Positions 58,056-64,000 of a stretch of 64,000 nucleotides of DNA are shown piece by piece. The stretch is from an uncultured Pelagibacteraceae bacterium (GTDB taxonomy: Bacteria > Pseudomonadota > Alphaproteobacteria > Pelagibacterales > Pelagibacteraceae): assembly GCA_902624535.1 (NCBI GenBank), contig CACNYF010000002.1, positions 3,128 through 67,127 on the forward strand. The letters run 5' to 3'. The notes beneath the pieces are model-generated. The model was given only the letters and a program-made list of their open reading frames with translations. It was not told the DNA's origin and searched no databases. The number at the start of each line of letters is the position of its first letter. Positions within the stretch are counted from its first letter, which is position 1. The translations under genes were made by a program, and so were the position numbers.

Positions 58056-59060
58056 TTAATTTGGAAGCCAGCTTTTCCATTTATCTGGATTAGCATCTTT
58101 CCACTCTTTAACAACTTCTTTTAACTCTCTATTTTTCTGTTTAACTTCAACAAGCATTACTGCTTGGTCTGCATTATCAAATTTCATTTTAGAAAAGAAC
58201 TCTGCAGCTTTAGCATGCTCAGGTTTTGCAAACGTCTCCGGATTACCATAATTCATTGTGTAGTCTTTTGCCCAACCAGTTGCCGGCCATGCAGCAGTTC
58301 CACAGTCTTTCCAGTTATTTGCTTCTGTAAAGCTTTCACATGTTTTATGATCAGGTAGTTGAACACCTACCATATCATATGCTCCAAAAAACCAGTGAGG
58401 CTCCCAAAGATATAACAAGAATGGTTCTTTTCTTTCATATGCTGCTACAGCTTCAGCAATTGCTGCTGCTTCTGTTCCTAATTCATCAGCTTGAAAGTCA
58501 ATACCTAACAAGTCTAATCTTTTTTGATCGTGACAGTTCCATCCAGCTACTGGACATGCAATTAATCTTCCTCTTTTGCCAGTCTCAATTGTTGCAAATT
58601 TAGCTTTATGTTTGTTTAAGTCTTTCCAAGTTTTAATACCCAAGCTTTCTGCTGCATATCTTGGAATATAATAATCAGATAAACCAATAATTCCTGCTGT
58701 ACCTAGAAGTTTAACACTTCCATCACCTTCATACATGAATTTTGTTTCACCATCATAAACTAGTGGCCCTTTAAGCATAACTGTATCTGCCTCAGCATAA
58801 CTTGGCCAGCTCTCACAAGCAAAATCAATTTCACCTGCTGCTATTGCTTCCCATAATCCAGTTCCTGAAGGGAAAACCACTCTTTTGACTTTGTATCCTA
58901 ATTCTTCCTCAAGAATACTAACAGCAACCTGACATGTAATTTCGCCACCTGTCCAGTCTGCCACTGCTGCAGTTAATCTTTTAGCATTTGCAGTACCAAA
59001 ACTTCCAAGGACAAGAATCAATGACAATATCATTGCTGATATAGTTTTTGATAACTTCAT
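58056..59060 (-). CDS. ProX/OpuAC-type quaternary amine substrate-binding protein
   Basis: Signal peptide, DWTG, LEEELGY, ESW, CPVAGWNC, LYLWEPHW (aromatic cage). Confidence 0.85.
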   Translation of the reverse strand: MKLSKTISAMILSLILVLGSFGTANAKRLTAAVADWTGGEITCQVAVSILEEELGYKVKRVVFPSGTGLWEAIAAGEIDFACESWPSYAEADTVMLKGPLVYDGETKFMYEGDGSVKLLGTAGIIGLSDYYIPRYAAESLGIKTWKDLNKHKAKFATIETGKRGRLIACPVAGWNCHDQKRLDLLGIDFQADELGTEAAAIAEAVAAYERKEPFLLYLWEPHWFFGAYDMVGVQLPDHKTCESFTEANNWKDCGTAAWPATGWAKDYTMNYGNPETFAKPEHAKAAEFFSKMKFDNADQAVMLVEVKQKNRELKEVVKEWKDANPDKWKSWLPN

Positions 59061-59157
59061 TTATTTCCTCTCTTTTTAATTAATTAAAATATTATTGTAG
59101 ATCAAAACCATTACGGATGTAAACCGTTCAAAAATGTGCAATTTTGTGAATAAAAAA

Positions 59158-61272
59158 TTATAAACCTAGAGCTTCTCTTTGTTTTTTTGTCCAAGCTAAA
59201 GATATTCTATCAATTATTATTGCAAGTAACACAATACCTATACCAGCAGCCAGTCCTCTACCAGTATCAGATCTAGCCAAACCGTTAAAAACCTCTAATC
59301 CTAAGCCTTTTCCACCTATTAATGGAGTAACTATCTGCATGGCAAAAGCCATAATCACTGTTTGGTTGAATCCTACAACTAAACTTGGCACTGCAAGTGG
59401 AAATTTTACTTTATTTAAAGTCTGTATCAACGTTCCTCCAAAAGATCTTGAGACCTCTGAGTATGTCCCAGAAACTTGTGTCAATCCTAGAGCAGTTAAA
59501 CGGATAATTGGCGGTATAGAGTAAATTACAGTTGCTAAAACTGCTGAGACTATGCCCCCACCAAAAAACATAAGCACAGGAATTAAATAGCAAAAATAAG
59601 GTAAAGTTTGCATTGCATCTAATACAACGTTTTGAATATTCCTATATCGTTCGTTATAAGAAGCTATAATTCCAAGAGGGACACCAATGGCAAAACATAA
59701 AACCACAGAAACAAGAACTGATGATAAAGTAATCATTGACTGAGGCCAGATACCACAAGCCCCAATAAAGATTAAGAGAACTGCTGTGATCAATGCAAAT
59801 CTTAATCCTACAGTAAAATAACTTATAGCTATAAATACTGCCATAGTATACCACCAAGGGATATGAGTTAAAAAAATATCTAATGGATGTAATAAGTTTA
59901 GGTAAACAAAACCTCTCAAACCTTTTGTAAAAGATATAAATCCAGGATGTACTGTAAGAGCTTTCACACCATCTGCAATTGGTTGTCTTATTGATAGTTT
60001 CCACTCCTCAGGGAAAGAACCAAATTGAAAAATGTTCGTATCAATAATTGAAATTATAAAAAAAATAATGAAACTTGGAATTATATAGAATCTTCTACTT
60101 ATTATCTCTGCAATATCATTAGCAGTAGATTTATTAACTAAAGATATTATAAAATTAAAAATATAAGCAACAAAGTTTGTAGTTTTTATACATACATATT
60201 GAATTATAGAATGTATTATACTTAAGGGTTTTTCTAATAGTCTTGCAATTTGATATTTTTCCCAACTTTGAGGTAGTAGATAAAATTTTTGCACATCAGA
60301 TGGAAGTGTTGCCTCTTGTTTACTAAATGACATGCTAAATCTATCAAACATAATTGCCATAAATAATATACATAAGCCACCCTCCATTGCCCAACCAACA
60401 TCTAAATTTCTAATTGCTAGCCAAACTTGACCACCAATTCCCTCAGCACCTATAAAGCAGGCCAACACTACTAAAGCAAGTGCCATCATTATGACCTGAT
60501 TAATACCCATCATTATACTTGGAAGAGACAAAGGAATTTTTATTTTTAATAATAGTTGTAGTTTGCTTGATCCAAAAGATGTGGCCGACTCTATTGTTTG
60601 TTCTGAAACTTGTCTTATACCAGTATTAGTTAATCTTATTATCGGGGGCATGGCATATATCATTGTAGCGAGTATTGCCGGTGCCCCACCTATTCCAAAA
60701 AAGAATAGAGCAGGAAATAAATACACAAATGCTGGCATGACCTGCATGGTATCTAATATAGGTTTCATGAACTTCTCAAACCTGTCACTCTGAGAGCATA
60801 AAATTCCTAGAATAATTCCAAAGAAAACACACAATAGAACTGAAAGTCCCATTAAACCTACTGTCTGTAATGACTCATTCCACATTCCAACAGCACCCCA
60901 GAAATAAATTACAAAACAAGAATAAAGACCGAGTCTTAATCCTCCTGCTATTAAGCAGGGAAGAACAATCATTGATGCCACCAGTATCCAGGGAGAATCT
61001 ATTAGAAAATCCTCAATAAAATAGTAACCATTCTTAATATAGTTAGCTATTATTTTTGTTATCCATCTGTAGTTTTTTTTTAAATAATCCTCACCATCAT
61101 TCACCCAGGCTGTGAATGTAAACTTATCTGTTACTTCTTTTGGAAATTTTGATGGTCCATCGCTTTGGGTTGAAAGCCATAATGCAACTAAAAAAACTAC
61201 AGCTATAATAATATATGTTATTAAATTTTTAGAATGATTAGATTTATTTATTAATTCAGATCTACTAGCCAT
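59158..61272 (-). CDS. Fused double ProW-type ABC permease
   Basis: Two ProW repeats: LDTMQVMPAFVYL...PPIIRLT and LDAMQTLPYFCYL...PPIIRLT. Confidence 0.9.
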   Translation of the reverse strand: MASRSELINKSNHSKNLITYIIIAVVFLVALWLSTQSDGPSKFPKEVTDKFTFTAWVNDGEDYLKKNYRWITKIIANYIKNGYYFIEDFLIDSPWILVASMIVLPCLIAGGLRLGLYSCFVIYFWGAVGMWNESLQTVGLMGLSVLLCVFFGIILGILCSQSDRFEKFMKPILDTMQVMPAFVYLFPALFFFGIGGAPAILATMIYAMPPIIRLTNTGIRQVSEQTIESATSFGSSKLQLLLKIKIPLSLPSIMMGINQVIMMALALVVLACFIGAEGIGGQVWLAIRNLDVGWAMEGGLCILFMAIMFDRFSMSFSKQEATLPSDVQKFYLLPQSWEKYQIARLLEKPLSIIHSIIQYVCIKTTNFVAYIFNFIISLVNKSTANDIAEIISRRFYIIPSFIIFFIISIIDTNIFQFGSFPEEWKLSIRQPIADGVKALTVHPGFISFTKGLRGFVYLNLLHPLDIFLTHIPWWYTMAVFIAISYFTVGLRFALITAVLLIFIGACGIWPQSMITLSSVLVSVVLCFAIGVPLGIIASYNERYRNIQNVVLDAMQTLPYFCYLIPVLMFFGGGIVSAVLATVIYSIPPIIRLTALGLTQVSGTYSEVSRSFGGTLIQTLNKVKFPLAVPSLVVGFNQTVIMAFAMQIVTPLIGGKGLGLEVFNGLARSDTGRGLAAGIGIVLLAIIIDRISLAWTKKQREALGL

Positions 61273-61348
61273 AAGATAAAGTAAAATAAATAATTTTACA
61301 TTTAAAGTAAAATATTGTCTATTTTCAGAATAAAACTTTAATTAAATC

Positions 61349-62395
61349 ATGGCCAAAGAGCAAAAAATCACTTGTAAAAATATTTGGAAGTTATTTGGGC
61401 CAGACGAAAAAAGAATTATCAAAAATTTAGACAAAAATTTATCTATAAAAGAAGTTCAAGAAAAAACTGGTCACGTAGTAGCGGTTAAAGATGTAAGTTT
61501 TTCAATTCAAAAAGGTGAAACTTTTGTAGTAATGGGTTTATCAGGTAGCGGTAAATCAACATTAGTTAGATGTATCTCAAGATTAATTGAACCTACGGCA
61601 GGTGTTGTAAAAATGGATGATACCGATGTTACAAAAATGAGTGGAAAAGATTTATTAGAACTTAGAAGAAACAAAATGAGCATGGTATTCCAGCACTTTG
61701 GTCTTTTTCCTCATCGGACTGTCATTGAAAATATTGGATATGGCCTAGAAGTAAGAGGGACCAAAAAAGATATAAGATTAGAAAAATCAATGGAAGTTTT
61801 GAAGATGGTTGGATTAGAAGGATGGCAAAATAATTATCCAAGAGAATTATCCGGAGGAATGCAACAAAGAGTTGGTTTGGCAAGAGCGCTTGCAGTAGAT
61901 CCTGAAATATTAATATTTGACGAACCATTTTCTGCTTTGGATCCACTTATAAGAAGAGAGATGCAAGATGAGCTACTAAAAATTCAGGAAAAACTACAGA
62001 AAACTATGGTTTTTATTACACATGATTTTTTAGAGGCAATTAAGATGGGAGATCATATAGCAATCATGAAAGATGGTGAAGTTTCTCAAGTTGGAACTCC
62101 TGAAGAAATCGTTTCTAATCCAAAAGATCAATATGTTAAAGATTTTTGCGAAGACGTGCCAAAGTATAAAGTTTTAAGCGCAGGTAAAGTAATGAGGAAA
62201 GAGTTTTCAGACGCAACAAAGAATTTATTTGAAGATGGAAAAAATAATATATTAGATAATTCTAAAATTGACTCCTTAATCGATAAACTACTTGATAGCG
62301 ATAAGCCTTATCCAGTTGTATCAAATGAGACCGGTAAGTTAGTAGGTGAAATTGATAGAGCTATAGTAATGAAATCAATGAGATCAAATCAATAA
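61349..62395 (+). CDS. ProV/OpuAA-type quaternary amine ABC ATPase
   Basis: GLSGSGKST, LSGGMQQRVGLARAL, DEPFSALDPLIR. Confidence 0.92.
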   Translation: MAKEQKITCKNIWKLFGPDEKRIIKNLDKNLSIKEVQEKTGHVVAVKDVSFSIQKGETFVVMGLSGSGKSTLVRCISRLIEPTAGVVKMDDTDVTKMSGKDLLELRRNKMSMVFQHFGLFPHRTVIENIGYGLEVRGTKKDIRLEKSMEVLKMVGLEGWQNNYPRELSGGMQQRVGLARALAVDPEILIFDEPFSALDPLIRREMQDELLKIQEKLQKTMVFITHDFLEAIKMGDHIAIMKDGEVSQVGTPEEIVSNPKDQYVKDFCEDVPKYKVLSAGKVMRKEFSDATKNLFEDGKNNILDNSKIDSLIDKLLDSDKPYPVVSNETGKLVGEIDRAIVMKSMRSNQ

Positions 62396-63321
62396 ATTTG
62401 TTTGTTACCTTTTATTGACTTTGGTTTTACATTGTCTCTCCAAATAATTATCATACCAGCAAAAATAATTACAAATACTCCTGGAAATAACTGGCTCCAG
62501 GGTGCCTCATTAAAAAAAATCCATCCTAAAATAAATGAAGAAGGAATACCAAGATATTCAAAAGAAGCTATTTTACTTGCTGAAATTAAGCGGTAAGAAT
62601 AAATAAATAATATTGCAGCTGTACCACCTAAAATTCCAGTCATTGTCATCAAAATAAAGTCTTTTAAATTTTTAATTTCAACATGTCCTGTTGTTACAAA
62701 AAATAATATTAAACCACCAATAACATTAAATATTAATGTGTATAACTGAATTTTTGCGGTTGAATGATTGCCTTTAATAAATTTTAAAATTATTACTGAA
62801 AAAGCCCATGCTATAGCAGTTAGAATTGGAAAGATTGAGTAAAAACTAAAAATTTCACTTGTTGGTTTCATTATCATAATTACACCAACAAAACCAATTA
62901 CAACAGCTGACCATCTATAAATACCAATTTTTTCACTCAACAAAATTATTGATAGTATTACTATGAAGAAAGGTGATGAGAAGGTTAGTGTCATTGCTGT
63001 TGCAAACTCTAGATTTACTACTGAGATAAAAATAAATACATTCATAGAAAGAAAACATATTCCTCTCAAACAACTCAATATCAAAAACTTATTACCTATG
63101 TTTTTAAATATTGATGTGAATTCATTTGTGAATAAAATCAATAGTAATAAAGGTATAACAGCTGCAACATTTCTAAATAAAGTTAATTGAATTATTGAAT
63201 ACTCATCACCCAAAAATTTAATAATAACCATGTAAAGATCTATACACAAAATTGCTAATAGCATTGTTGCTACGGCTAAATATGTTTTTTTTAGATCTAC
63301 TTTTTCAGATGAAATTTTCAT
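62389..63321 (-). CDS. DMT/EamA family transporter
   Basis: LSEKIGIYRWSAVVIGF, SFEY. Confidence 0.85.
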   Translation of the reverse strand: MKISSEKVDLKKTYLAVATMLLAILCIDLYMVIIKFLGDEYSIIQLTLFRNVAAVIPLLLLILFTNEFTSIFKNIGNKFLILSCLRGICFLSMNVFIFISVVNLEFATAMTLTFSSPFFIVILSIILLSEKIGIYRWSAVVIGFVGVIMIMKPTSEIFSFYSIFPILTAIAWAFSVIILKFIKGNHSTAKIQLYTLIFNVIGGLILFFVTTGHVEIKNLKDFILMTMTGILGGTAAILFIYSYRLISASKIASFEYLGIPSSFILGWIFFNEAPWSQLFPGVFVIIFAGMIIIWRDNVKPKSIKGNKQIY

Positions 63322-63359
63322 TTAATAATATTGAAATTAGTATAAGTTTTTAAAATATT

Positions 63360-64000
63360 ATGCAAAATTTTAAGCTTAATGAAGAATTTTTATTAAATAA
63401 CCAGGATTGGACATTTCCAACTTTTACAGCATATGGACCTGGAAGATTTAAAGAAATTGGAAAGTTTTGTAAAAATTTTAAAATAAATAATGCATTAATC
63501 GTTACTGATAGTGGTAGTTTAAATCTTCCATTTATAAGTGATTTACAAAATTTACTTAACGATTCAAAAATCAAATCAGATATTTATTCAAATATATCTC
63601 CAAACCCTAGAGATGATGAAATAGATTCTGGATGTAAAAAATTTCGTGAAGGTAACCATGATGCAATAATTGCAATAGGTGGTGGAAGCGCTATGGATGG
63701 AGGAAAAGCAATTTCTCTTACTGTTAATAGCGGCGTACCATTATGGGATTTTGAATTTGAAAAAGAGCCACCAAAATTAACTATGGAAAATCCTTTTCCA
63801 AAAATAATTACTATTCCAACTACAGCAGGAACTGGCGCTGAAACAGAAGTTACAGCCATGGTCACTCATCTTGAAAAAGGAATGAAGTTTTGTTTATGGC
63901 ATCCAGATGCCCGACCTTGTTTAGCTTTAGTCGATCCAGAGCTTACTTTAAAATTACCAGCTAATCTTACTGCCTGGACTGGTATAGATGCAATGATACA
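63360..64000 (+). CDS. Iron-containing alcohol dehydrogenase (partial, runs off right edge; not in ORF track)
   Basis: Manual translation from ATG 63360: LIVTD, PNP, IAIGGGSAMDGGK, IPTTAGTGAE, VDPELT, TGIDA. Confidence 0.9.
   Translation, partial: MQNFKLNEEFLLNNQDWTFPTFTAYGPGRFKEIGKFCKNFKINNALIVTDSGSLNLPFISDLQNLLNDSKIKSDIYSNISPNPRDDEIDSGCKKFREGNHDAIIAIGGGSAMDGGKAISLTVNSGVPLWDFEFEKEPPKLTMENPFPKIITIPTTAGTGAETEVTAMVTHLEKGMKFCLWHPDARPCLALVDPELTLKLPANLTAWTGIDAMI

Noticed and set aside
59111-59132. TACGGATGTAAACCGTTCAAA, small hairpin or LacI-like operator upstream of the SBP gene
   Set aside because: Stem only 4 bp, palindrome imperfect, no cognate regulator in the window
8395-63190. Many 60-116 aa ORFs nested in or antisense to larger genes
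   Set aside because: Fully overlap well-supported CDSs and show no motifs
63350-63865. Two minus-strand ORFs at the right edge
   Set aside because: Antisense to the Fe-ADH gene starting at 63360
1-64000. tRNA, rRNA, CRISPR, integrase or transposase
   Set aside because: None recognised; intergenic spaces are all under about 150 bp and show no such patterns

Overview
AT-rich (roughly 30% GC by eye), tightly packed bacterial DNA with many 1-4 bp gene overlaps. Gene content and style fit a streamlined marine alphaproteobacterium, most likely Pelagibacterales/SAR11 (inference). 1-19.8 kb is a retractile type IVa pilus locus: pilY1 (partial, missed by the ORF track), pilX/W/V, fimT/U, pilT, fused pilM-pilN, pilO/P/Q, pilB, pilC and two pilins. 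Interleaved with it is a full partner-switching module: an RsbW-like kinase, an RsbV-like STAS protein and an ammonium transporter fused to a HAMP-like linker and a SpoIIE/PP2C phosphatase. This is the best candidate for an undescribed system, an ammonium-sensing switch coupled to pili, with no sigma factor in the window. 19.8-43.3 kb holds metabolic and redox genes, a passenger-less inverse autotransporter, a LysE gene with a candidate two-state RNA leader, two Liv-type ABC transporters, azlCD and glaH. 43.5-46.9 kb is a large S8 protease. 47.9-64 kb is a quaternary-amine catabolic region (betA, cdhABC-like, gamma-butyrobetaine hydroxylase-like, split ProU-type ABC) that includes an unusual TauD plus PhnZ/TmpB-type HD oxygenase pair. 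No rRNA, tRNA, CRISPR array or mobile element was recognised. All calls come from motif recognition by eye; no database searches were run.
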